Positions 8,296-15,410 of a stretch of 37,026 nucleotides of DNA are shown here, piece by piece (position 1 is the stretch's first letter; the number at the start of each line of letters is the position of its first letter). A program made the translations under genes and the position numbers. A model generated the notes under the pieces. It worked only from the letters and a program-made list of their open reading frames with translations, did not search any database and was not told the origin of the DNA. Source of the DNA: a virus (taxonomy: Duplodnaviria; Caudoviricetes); the IMG/VR virus record IMGVR_UViG_3300037483_001096, positions 1-37,026 of that record. One strand, written 5' to 3'.

Positions 8296-8819
8296 CACCC
8301 ACCTCCACTGGCCGATGCCAGTTCCATCAACATTTCCTCCAACCACGCGCTGTATTTGTCCCAGGCGGCGGCCCAGGCGGCGTCCCAGGCGACGGCCCTG
8401 GCGGCTCTTAACTCCGTGTCTGTAGCCTGCCCGTTCAGCCACTTGCGTTTCACTTGGATAGCATTCCAGCAGCGCTCATCCGTCACGTTCGCTGCCCGGA
8501 GTGCGTCTTCCGCCACCCGACATGCGAACTCGTGCAATGTCCTGGTGGCGTCCGCCATCCACAGCACCGTACGCTGTGTCGCGCACGCCTTGTCCGGTTC
8601 GTCCTCGAGAATTTCACCGCTCAGATGCACCCGGCACACCAGCGCACCCGGAGCATATTTGAGAGCATCAATCGCCCGTTTGCTGGCGTGCAACCCGTGG
8701 TTGCACAACTTGAGCGGCGGCTCCACTGTGTAGGTTTCACCCGCCACTGCTTGACGCCCGTCGCCATTCGCCAACTTCCCGTCGTCCGGCAGAAAGTGCC
8801 AACCCAACCAATCATTCAT
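8295..8819 (-). CDS. Conserved phage protein with CxxGLHA motif and AAW repeats
   Basis: LCNHGLHAS..DALKYA..RVHLSGEI; C-terminal VAWDAAWAAAWD. Confidence 0.75.
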   Translation of the reverse strand: MNDWLGWHFLPDDGKLANGDGRQAVAGETYTVEPPLKLCNHGLHASKRAIDALKYAPGALVCRVHLSGEILEDEPDKACATQRTVLWMADATRTLHEFACRVAEDALRAANVTDERCWNAIQVKRKWLNGQATDTELRAARAVAWDAAWAAAWDKYSAWLEEMLMELASASGGG

Positions 8820-9555
8820 TGCTATTGCCCCCGTTCAGCTTCGCGGCAACCGCGGTCAATTCCTCAGTGGTCCCCGGCAGTTTGCCTTCCCCGGCCACTA
8901 ACACCGCTTCGGCGCCGTACTGTTGCACCAGATCATTGAGGTTGATCGCCGGCTCTGTGGTTATCTGTGCGGGCGTGGGTTGTTCTTCGTTTTTGACCAC
9001 AGCCGGGGACGGACGCCATTCGGTTTCAATGACATCACCGGAGGCGTCGACGTCAGCGCCGAATTCGTCTGCGCGTTTGAGGCCGCCGAGAACGTCCGGG
9101 AACACCACATCAGCGCAAAAGCCGATTGCCCGCCATCTCAGCATGTTCGGCCCATACGACTCCCACGCACCCCCAGGCTTTACCAGACCGGCCTTCTGGG
9201 CCATTTCCATTGTGAAGGTGGTTGTATATTCGATTCCGCCGCGCCGCTTCATATAAACGGTACAGGCGTCCGTCTTGTCTTCGATCCGGATTGTTTCGAG
9301 TTCGCCGCTCTGGTAGATTAGCGCCAGAGCACCGCGAGGGATGAGTGTTGGCTTGTCCTGGATCACAGCAATGAACTCAAAGGAAGCGGTCAGGGACAGA
9401 CCTAACTCAAAACCTTTACACATGATGACAGAGGCTTGGGCTACTGTCGCCACACCAAACAGCCGGCTGTCCTTCATTGTCGGCGCCACTTCCTGGATCA
9501 TGTTCCAAATGTCAGGAGTTAGACTTTGTTGCTGAACTACCAATGCTGTACTCAT
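8812..9555 (-). CDS. RecT-like single-strand annealing recombinase
   Basis: GFELGL, VIQDKPTL, FTMEMAQKAGL..W..YGPNMLRWRA..FPDVLGGL; near the exonuclease. Confidence 0.75.
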   Translation of the reverse strand: MSTALVVQQQSLTPDIWNMIQEVAPTMKDSRLFGVATVAQASVIMCKGFELGLSLTASFEFIAVIQDKPTLIPRGALALIYQSGELETIRIEDKTDACTVYMKRRGGIEYTTTFTMEMAQKAGLVKPGGAWESYGPNMLRWRAIGFCADVVFPDVLGGLKRADEFGADVDASGDVIETEWRPSPAVVKNEEQPTPAQITTEPAINLNDLVQQYGAEAVLVAGEGKLPGTTEELTAVAAKLNGGNSNE

Positions 9556-10271
9556 GTTGTCTCCTGTTTCATGTCATTAGGTGTGAAAACCGATAGTTCT
9601 TCGTCATCTGCTAACTTCAACGCTTTCCGTACACTTTGCTTGACACCTTCGCCGATCCCGGCCACCTGAAACACTGTGCCATGCCAGGTCAGCCAGGACA
9701 GCGCTAGCGCTGGTCGATTGTCGAATTCCTTCAACAAAAGCTGTGCCCGCTCGAAGCCGATACCCGGCAACGAGGTAAGCATTACCTCTGCCGGACTCAT
9801 GATCCGGGGATGGGCTACTGGCTCTAGCACCCGTTCTCGGGCATGTTCTCGCCTGGCTAAGCGGAGTACAGTTTCTTCGTAGGCGCTATCGCCAGCACAA
9901 GTGACCACAGACACGCCCAGCTCCTGGATACTCAACAGGGCGCCTTGTACACTGTCCCAGGCCCAGCCTGTCTGCCTATCGTCGGCTATCACCTTTCCGC
10001 TGTGGTCATATGCCAGAGCGCCAGTGATGACCACATAGGCCCACGGCGTTTGACGTCGTATCCCGGCACATTGCTGGAAGACCCGACCGTCTTTGATGGA
10101 CCCAAGGAGATCCGTTGGCGTTTTGCGCTCGATACACAGGAGTTCGCCGTCATCACAAGTTCCCCACAAATCCCCGAATTCGAGAGTGGTTACTACAGAC
10201 GGAACCCCACCGAACTTCAACTGCTGAACCCAGGTTGGTTCTCTACTGTCGATCAGACATGACGTTAGCAT
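9552..10271 (-). CDS. ERCC4/XPF-family structure-specific nuclease with HhH motifs
   Basis: IDSRE, LEFGDL, IERKTPTDL; HhH LPGIGFERAQLL and VAGIGEG. Confidence 0.85.
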   Translation of the reverse strand: MLTSCLIDSREPTWVQQLKFGGVPSVVTTLEFGDLWGTCDDGELLCIERKTPTDLLGSIKDGRVFQQCAGIRRQTPWAYVVITGALAYDHSGKVIADDRQTGWAWDSVQGALLSIQELGVSVVTCAGDSAYEETVLRLARREHARERVLEPVAHPRIMSPAEVMLTSLPGIGFERAQLLLKEFDNRPALALSWLTWHGTVFQVAGIGEGVKQSVRKALKLADDEELSVFTPNDMKQETT

Positions 10272-10452
10272 TGTTGGTGTCTCCGTTGTACCAGGCCCAG
10301 TGATAACATGAAATGAAAGTTCGTTTGCCGTTGTAAAAAACCCAGGCCCCGTGTGGTCGGCGTTTGGTTTCGATACCCACCACGTCGAACACAGTCCCGA
10401 CCGGGATGTTATCGTATGGCGTCTTGGTGACGATCTTCATACCTGCGAACAC
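10243..10452 (-). CDS. Hypothetical protein (SH3/KOW-like)
   Basis: AGGAGG RBS; beta-rich 69 aa. Confidence 0.55.
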   Translation of the reverse strand: MFAGMKIVTKTPYDNIPVGTVFDVVGIETKRRPHGAWVFYNGKRTFISCYHWAWYNGDTNNANVMSDRQ

Positions 10453-10467
10453 ACTGCCCTCCTGTGG

Positions 10468-10506
10468 ACAAAAGAACCCTGACCCAGCGAGGGAGCCAGG
10501 TCAGGG
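10468..10506 (-). terminator. Intrinsic terminator
   Basis: CCCTGACC...GGTCAGGG stem followed by TTCTTTTGT on the minus strand. Confidence 0.6.
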
Positions 10507-10515
10507 CTGTTGATG

Positions 10516-10692
10516 TTACGCTGTCATTTCCCGGCACTGTTCAGCCAGCAGATCGGCGGCTTCTTTGTCGGCTTTCCTGGCAGCCGCATACGCTTCTTGG
10601 AAACTCAAACCACCATCTGGTGCCAACGATCGGATGAACCGTATTTCCTCTTCGCTGACTACAATGAGGGGATCCAGTTGGATGATGTTCAT
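10516..10692 (-). CDS. Hypothetical protein (58 aa)
   Basis: TGATG-coupled; MNIIQLDPLIVVSEEEIRFIRSLAPDGG... Confidence 0.5.
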   Translation of the reverse strand: MNIIQLDPLIVVSEEEIRFIRSLAPDGGLSFQEAYAAARKADKEAADLLAEQCREMTA

Positions 10693-11378
10693 CATCCTGC
10701 CGCCATCAGTGCTACAACTTCTGGCGAATCGACAGTGAAGTACTTCGCAACCATCGGCAGGCCAGCGATTGCCTTCGTCAACGCCGCCTTATCACCAGCA
10801 GCCTGTTTCACCAAAACTGCCAGAAACTGCCGGGCGGTTTCCCGTTCCATGTTGCCATTGCCATTCGGTTGTTGCGGACTCATGTCCACAGCGGCGGCGG
10901 GATCATCATCGGCGGTCACACCGGCTTCGGCCTGGTACGCGGTGACGCAAGCCGCCTGATCCGGGTACAGAGCCAAGAATTTGACCGTGGTGCCTTCGCG
11001 CTCCTCGCGGTCTTTGTCGGTCCACTTGCGGCCGGACTTGACCATTTTGACTTTGGCGTATTTGCCATCCAGGTCACGAGCGGACTGCAGGCCCAGGTTC
11101 CGCAACGACGGCCAGACGATGCCCGACCATTCTCGGGACTCTGCGATGATGTCCCGTTGGACGAACCACGTCAGGCCTGTTTCGTCGATCGGATTCACCA
11201 GGATTGAAACCTCAGTGCGACGGTCCTTGAGGTCGTGGCTGTGGTCATCAAAAGCCGATTTGCCCACGCCCTTTTGGAGAACCACAAAGGACGCCGAACA
11301 CTGAACTTGACCGTAGATATGGTCGCTGCGTTCGCCGGCACTATCAGCGACGGCAAAGGGATCATTTGATACTGACAT
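10692..11378 (-). CDS. Hypothetical protein, possible ssDNA-binding protein
   Basis: GAAAGG RBS; beta-rich N-domain, acidic linker, position in the recombination module. Confidence 0.6.
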   Translation of the reverse strand: MSVSNDPFAVADSAGERSDHIYGQVQCSASFVVLQKGVGKSAFDDHSHDLKDRRTEVSILVNPIDETGLTWFVQRDIIAESREWSGIVWPSLRNLGLQSARDLDGKYAKVKMVKSGRKWTDKDREEREGTTVKFLALYPDQAACVTAYQAEAGVTADDDPAAAVDMSPQQPNGNGNMERETARQFLAVLVKQAAGDKAALTKAIAGLPMVAKYFTVDSPEVVALMAAG

Positions 11379-11460
11379 TGTTCTAACCTTTCTTTGATAT
11401 AATGCTAATGGAGTCGTGGTATACTGAGGACGAAAAATCGAATGTATCACCCCCTTTCCC

Positions 11461-11488
11461 GAGCCGCTGCCCCAACAGCGGCTTATTT
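11461..11488 (+). terminator. Hairpin terminator, oriented antisense to the early operon
   Basis: GAGCCGCTG-CCCCAA-CAGCGGCTT-ATTT. Confidence 0.55.
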
Positions 11489-11581
11489 CATGTCGGCTTC
11501 ATCATCCACCTGGCCGGCCATTGCGCACGCCTACCAACACACGATGACCACAAAGGCCAGGACAGCGATGATGATAATCAC
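11483..11581 (-). pseudogene. Small membrane-protein gene interrupted by an in-frame TAG
   Basis: GTG-IIIIAVLAFVVIVCW*ACAMAGQVDDEADMK-TAA; TAG at 11531-11533. Confidence 0.4.
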
Positions 11582-11775
11582 ACTGGCACCGCCAGGCTCA
11601 ACCGCAGCCGGCTGATTGTCCGCTCGATCTGGGCAATTGCGCCTAGCGCCGCGCTGTAGTTTTCGCGTCGTGCGCCTGCCCGCTGCAACTCTGCGACGTC
11701 ATAGCGGAGGTCATACAATTGGCCTTCCAGACGTTCGATTTGCTTCTTTGTCAACTCGTTGCGATTGTCCATCAT
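11578..11775 (-). CDS. Small coiled-coil hypothetical protein
   Basis: GGAGG RBS; heptad pattern. Confidence 0.6.
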   Translation of the reverse strand: MMDNRNELTKKQIERLEGQLYDLRYDVAELQRAGARRENYSAALGAIAQIERTISRLRLSLAVPV

Positions 11776-11990
11776 TCCTCCAGATCAATGTCTCGTTGCA
11801 TGTCTCGGAGAATGTCGTTCTGTGCCGCCAGTTCAACGGCAATAGCCGTCAACATCTGATAGAGGCCACTTTGCGTCGGCCCTGTGGTCACAATGGTGTT
11901 GATCCACTCCCGGGAGCGGCGATTCGCCCCCTCCGCTCGCGCGATCAATTCTTTGTGGATGTAGCCTCCCTTCTTTGGCTTGCGTGCCAT
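11772..11990 (-). CDS. Hypothetical protein (MARKPKK...)
   Basis: TGATG coupling with GGAGG RBS. Confidence 0.6.
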   Translation of the reverse strand: MARKPKKGGYIHKELIARAEGANRRSREWINTIVTTGPTQSGLYQMLTAIAVELAAQNDILRDMQRDIDLEE

Positions 11991-12292
11991 CAACTGCCTC
12001 CGCCAATGTGGTAGATGGTTTCGGCGGCTTGTTGCTTGTCCCGCTGGCTGCGAATGACATGATAGGCAATTTCCCCGACGATGGAAGGGGCACCTGTGGC
12101 CACAAAAGCCAGAAACACTAGACTGGTCACTTCGACGCCGGCAAGAAAATACACTCCAACCAACGTGCCAAACACGCCACCGACCGTTAGCCATGTTGCC
12201 GGATAGTCTTCTCGAACCATCCACTTGAGATAAAACACTACACCGGCATATAACACCCCGAACAACACTAGTCCCAGATAGACAGCTACCAT
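11990..12292 (-). CDS. Membrane protein (about 3 TM segments)
   Basis: GAAAGGA RBS; hydrophobic segments. Confidence 0.7.
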   Translation of the reverse strand: MVAVYLGLVLFGVLYAGVVFYLKWMVREDYPATWLTVGGVFGTLVGVYFLAGVEVTSLVFLAFVATGAPSIVGEIAYHVIRSQRDKQQAAETIYHIGGGS

Positions 12293-12372
12293 CCGTTTTT
12301 TCCTTTCAGTGCAATTTCGGTGCATTTGTGGGCGAATTCGGCACGACGTTGTAACCTGAGATCAAGAGCGGA

Positions 12373-12408
12373 GTTTCAATCCACGCCCCCCCCTGTACGG
12401 GGAACGAC
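12373..12408 (-). CRISPR. Solitary type I-C-like CRISPR repeat (not a full array)
   Basis: Minus strand GTCGTTCCCCGTACAGGGGGGGGCGTGGATTGAAAC: GTCG start, stem-loop, GCGTGGATTGAAAC end; intergenic; no cas operon in the genome. Confidence 0.8.
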
Positions 12409-12420
12409 TTGCAACTGAAG

Positions 12421-12561
12421 TCAAGAACGGAGAACCCGAATAAAACTGAAAATGGTGAAGATGCCTACCGCACACATGGATAACCACAGCCCGAGGTCGC
12501 CACCGACGGTCAGAAGGATCAGCAGGAAGATCAGGCCGAAGCCTTCAAGGCGGCTGTTCAT
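12421..12561 (-). CDS. Small membrane protein (46 aa)
   Basis: ATGA-coupled; MNSRLEGFGLIFLLILLTVGGDLGLWLSMCAVGIFTIFSFIRVLRS. Confidence 0.55.
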   Translation of the reverse strand: MNSRLEGFGLIFLLILLTVGGDLGLWLSMCAVGIFTIFSFIRVLRS

Positions 12562-12773
12562 CCCATCCACGCCGTTCGTTGGTCATAGGCCGCTTCCCGC
12601 TCTAATGCACGGTAAAAACACTCGCAGCCGTGAGCATCGTCCCAGCCCCGTTGTTGGTGCTTGTTGGGAAGCTGCTCCCGCGCAATGTTGCGGTAAAAAG
12701 CACAGTAGCCGATGGCTTCCTGGCGTTCGATCCAGGTTTTTGTATCGAGTTGGACATTCAACATGGCAGCCAC
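12558..12773 (-). CDS. Hypothetical protein
   Basis: Overlapping operon spacing; QQRGWDDA. Confidence 0.55.
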   Translation of the reverse strand: MAAMLNVQLDTKTWIERQEAIGYCAFYRNIAREQLPNKHQQRGWDDAHGCECFYRALEREAAYDQRTAWMG

Positions 12774-13153
12774 CCCATGTAGAAGCCGTGGACGTGCGTG
12801 GCCATACTCGCCGGAATCGCGTTCTCTCTGTCCTTCGTGTTGTTCCAGTGAGCGACTAGGTTCACGATGACGGCGTTGTAGCTGGTAATGGGCACCCTGG
12901 ACAGAACAGTCATCTCATTGCCCACCATGTCGAGGTCGTCCTTCAACTCCGCGGGGATGTTGACGTGCTTCTCGGCAACTGTTTTTTCTGTCGTCGCCTG
13001 GAACTGTTGCTTCGTCGCCTGCCAGTGATCCAACAACGTGACGATTGCGTCACCGAAGGAGCGAACGGGTTCTCGCAACTTCAGTCCCCGCTCGCAGCCG
13101 GCAACCACCAACTCATCGGGATTGCTTATCCACATCCATGCACGATCACCCAT
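12758..13153 (-). CDS. Hypothetical protein, possible ribbon-helix-helix DNA binder
   Basis: AGGAGG RBS; KHVNIPAELKDDLD..SYNAVIVNLV. Confidence 0.6.
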   Translation of the reverse strand: MGDRAWMWISNPDELVVAGCERGLKLREPVRSFGDAIVTLLDHWQATKQQFQATTEKTVAEKHVNIPAELKDDLDMVGNEMTVLSRVPITSYNAVIVNLVAHWNNTKDRENAIPASMATHVHGFYMGWLPC

Positions 13154-13349
13154 TGACGGTTGCCTCCTGTCCTGTGGTCATCTCCTGATGGCCGTTGGTG
13201 GCCGCCGGCTGCGGCCAAAGGTTATGCCGTTGCGCTTCCTTGCGAATGAGACGCCGGATAACGTGTACCGGCCATTTTTCGTGGTTGAACTTTTGGATAG
13301 CGAGAAGCGCTTGCTCGTCTACTCCGTCTAAGCGAATGTCTGTTGCCAT
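13146..13349 (-). CDS. Cro-like first early gene
   Basis: Divergent from the repressor, directly behind a strong promoter; GAAAGGG RBS. Confidence 0.6.
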   Translation of the reverse strand: MATDIRLDGVDEQALLAIQKFNHEKWPVHVIRRLIRKEAQRHNLWPQPAATNGHQEMTTGQEATVNG

Positions 13350-13389
13350 TGTCTGTCCCTTTCTAGGAAAAAATTACTTGGATAGCTAT

Positions 13390-13418
13390 ATCTTAGCATT
13401 TTATTCTTAGACTGTCAA
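13390..13418 (-). promoter_or_regulatory. Early lytic sigma70-type promoter
   Basis: TTGACA-17 nt-TAAGAT on the minus strand. Confidence 0.8.
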
Positions 13419-13458
13419 GGGTTTTACGGAAGTTCGTCGGAGGACCGTAGAAAAATTC

Positions 13459-13467
13459 TGCTAAAAT
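13459..13467 (+). promoter_or_regulatory. Extended -10 promoter for a leaderless repressor mRNA
   Basis: TGcTAAAAT with 6 nt between it and ATG 13474. Confidence 0.55.
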
Positions 13468-13473
13468 AGAGGT

Positions 13474-13983
13474 ATGGATATGGGGAAAGTTGCGGCAAGA
13501 ATAACCGAAGTACGCGAAAAGTTGACCTACAACCAAGCTGGGGTAGCGAAGATTGCGGGCGTGCAACAGAAGACAATTAGCAATTGGGAGAGGGGTGTTT
13601 TACCGCAACAGTGGGAGAGTCTGATCGCTCTTGCCGAATCTGTGGAAACAACGACCGATTATCTACTTGGTCTGTCCGACGATCCATGTCCACAGAAGGG
13701 GCAGGAACTAACCGCCGATCTCCGCTCCATTGTGGACATCTGCCAGCAGCTACCGGCTGCCAGACGCGGTGATGTCCTGGCTATTGCCGAAGCAATCGCA
13801 CAGCGCGAAGCAGAACAACGAGCTTTGGACATGGTGAAAGCTGTTGGCGGGGAAGACGCTTTAGCCGAAATTGTGGGGATACTTGAACTTGCCGAGAGGG
13901 AGGGGTCTGATGCTGCCAGGGCATACATTCAGGCCAAGAGAGTGCGCCTCAAGGATGTAAACAAGATAGTCAATGATCAGTGA
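13474..13983 (+). CDS. XRE-family HTH immunity repressor (no S24 autopeptidase domain)
   Basis: YNQAGVAKIAGVQQKTISNWERG..LAESVETTTDYLLG. Confidence 0.9.
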   Translation: MDMGKVAARITEVREKLTYNQAGVAKIAGVQQKTISNWERGVLPQQWESLIALAESVETTTDYLLGLSDDPCPQKGQELTADLRSIVDICQQLPAARRGDVLAIAEAIAQREAEQRALDMVKAVGGEDALAEIVGILELAEREGSDAARAYIQAKRVRLKDVNKIVNDQ

Positions 13984-14046
13984 TGTTTTTTCGCCTTCCT
14001 CAATTCTAATGATCTCATGGCGGCATTGTCGTCTGCGTTCGATCAT
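13861..14046 (-). CDS. Candidate SOS-induced antirepressor (61 aa) overlapping the repressor 3' end
   Basis: GGAG RBS 6 nt before ATG 14046; downstream of the LexA-box promoter. Confidence 0.4.
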   Translation of the reverse strand: MIERRRQCRHEIIRIEEGEKTSLIIDYLVYILEAHSLGLNVCPGSIRPLPLGKFKYPHNFG

Positions 14047-14077
14047 GATCAACTCCATTATTGTACCGTATCGGATC

Positions 14078-14122
14078 AGAACACCCGTTCTTATTCTACG
14101 CCTTACGAATGGGTTGCGTCAA
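14078..14122 (-). promoter_or_regulatory. LexA-repressed promoter: TTGACG-18-TAGAAT with SOS box AGAACACCCGTTCT (14078-14091)
   Basis: Perfect AGAAC-N4-GTTCT palindrome just after the -10, over the predicted start site. Confidence 0.75.
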
Positions 14123-14263
14123 GCAGTTTGGCGAACCTGGGCATAGTTCATTGGTACCATTCATTGTTTTACAACAATGGTCCTGTTATTTTTTTATTCC
14201 TCAGTTGTGCCACAATATCTAAGCCGTGCAGCGGACTATCGGGGTTAGTTTGCGCCTCAAATT

Positions 14264-14292
14264 TTGACTTTACCACCCTAATTGGCTAAAAT
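14264..14292 (+). promoter_or_regulatory. Sigma70-type promoter upstream of the tRNA fragment
   Basis: TTGACT-17 nt-TAAAAT, 16 nt upstream of the tRNA 5' end. Confidence 0.75.
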
Positions 14293-14308
14293 CACAGCCC
14301 TTATTTAC

Positions 14309-14362
14309 GCCCCCTTAGCTCAGAGGATAGAGCAGAGGTTTCCTAAACCTTTGGTCCCAGGT
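14309..14362 (+). tRNA. 5' fragment of tRNA-Arg(CCT), probable attP core
   Basis: GCCCCCT-TA-GCTC-AGAGGATA-GAGC-A-GAGGT-TTCCTAA-ACCTT-TGGTC-CCAGG-T; T-loop, T-stem 3' strand and acceptor 3' strand are missing; next to the integrase. Confidence 0.85.
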
Positions 14363-14452
14363 GGCAAGCCCAAACTCCCTGCATATTGTATCCGCTTCGT
14401 GCGCGCATACTAGATATTGTGGCACTCCCTCAACAAAACAGGAGATGCCACG

Positions 14453-15349
14453 ATGACAGAGCAATGGTCCTGCCCCATTCAGGATGCCTACGAGATGTTC
14501 CGGATGGACTGCGAAGCTCGCCGGTTCACCGAATCCACCCTCCGCTTTTATCGTTTTCGCCTGTTTCCATTCATTCATTGGTGTGAAGAAAAGGGCATCG
14601 TCAGCCTGCGGGCCATCACGTCTTCTCACATCCGCATCTACCTGGTCAGCTTACAGGAACGGGGACTAGGTGGTTACTCGCAACATGCAGCAGCCAGGGC
14701 CATCAAAACGTTTCTGCGTTTTTGTGTTCGGGAAGAACTGTTGCCCGATACGCCGATGAAACGGGTCTCGATGCCACGGGTGGATCGCCCCATCCTGCCT
14801 GCCTTTGACCAGGCCGGCATCAGTCGCATCATGGCAGCGATCACAACAGATCGGGATAAGGCAATCGTCTTATGCCTGCTGGACACCGGCTGTCGGGCTG
14901 CGGAGTTTGTGGCGTGGAATGGCGGCGATGTGGACATGAGTGCGGGCACCGTCCAGGTTCGCCGGGGAAAGGGCGGCAAGGGGCGCGTCGTTTACCTGGG
15001 CAAGAAGGCCAGGAAGACGCTGCTACGCTACTACATGCGCCGGGGTACACCTGGGCCGGATGAGCCGGTCTGGCTCTCCCTGCGTGGTGGCCGGCGCCTG
15101 ACCACCTGGGGACTGGGGCAACTCCTCAAACGTATCGGCACAGCGGCCGGCGTCGAATACTGCACGCCGCATACGTTTCGGCGGACCTTTGCGCTGTGGT
15201 CATTGCGCAACGGCATGAACATCTATGCCCTACAGCGGCTCATGGGCCATGCTGGCCTGGAAGTTCTGCAGCGTTACCTGGCTTTGGTGGAACACGATCT
15301 TGGCAATGCTCACGATGCCGCCAGCCCTGTGGACAACTGGCACCTGTAG
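14453..15349 (+). CDS. int: Tyrosine integrase
   Basis: LLDTGCR, KGGK, HTFRR, LMGH, RY catalytic set; AGGAG RBS. Confidence 0.95.
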   Translation: MTEQWSCPIQDAYEMFRMDCEARRFTESTLRFYRFRLFPFIHWCEEKGIVSLRAITSSHIRIYLVSLQERGLGGYSQHAAARAIKTFLRFCVREELLPDTPMKRVSMPRVDRPILPAFDQAGISRIMAAITTDRDKAIVLCLLDTGCRAAEFVAWNGGDVDMSAGTVQVRRGKGGKGRVVYLGKKARKTLLRYYMRRGTPGPDEPVWLSLRGGRRLTTWGLGQLLKRIGTAAGVEYCTPHTFRRTFALWSLRNGMNIYALQRLMGHAGLEVLQRYLALVEHDLGNAHDAASPVDNWHL

Positions 15350-15373
15350 TGTCCACAGGGGATGCAAGAGACC

Positions 15374-15410
15374 TCCCGGCGCTCCCACAGGCCGGGGCAT
15401 TTTGTTTTAT
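15374..15410 (+). terminator. Terminator between the convergent integrase and holin genes
   Basis: TCCCGGC...GCCGGGG stem then CATTTTGTTTTAT. Confidence 0.55.

Larger units (their letters stand above)
14207..14425. repeat. Perfect 15-bp inverted repeat flanking attP
   Basis: GTGCCACAATATCTA (14207-14221) and TAGATATTGTGGCAC (14411-14425). Confidence 0.85.

Noticed and set aside
11201-11210. Second GGATTGAAAC repeat end
   Set aside because: Lies inside a coding region (VSIL on the minus strand) with no GTCG-stem upstream; chance match
11531-11533. Genome-wide TAG recoding
   Set aside because: The integrase, major capsid and protease genes end normally at TAG, and coding density is full under the standard code
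12303-12434. Conventional CRISPR array or phage CRISPR-Cas system
   Set aside because: Only one good repeat is present and there is no cas operon. The downstream ...GCACTGAAAG may simply be the RBS of the next gene
14309-14385. Complete functional phage tRNA-Arg
   Set aside because: No TTCG T-loop and no complementary T-stem or acceptor 3' strand
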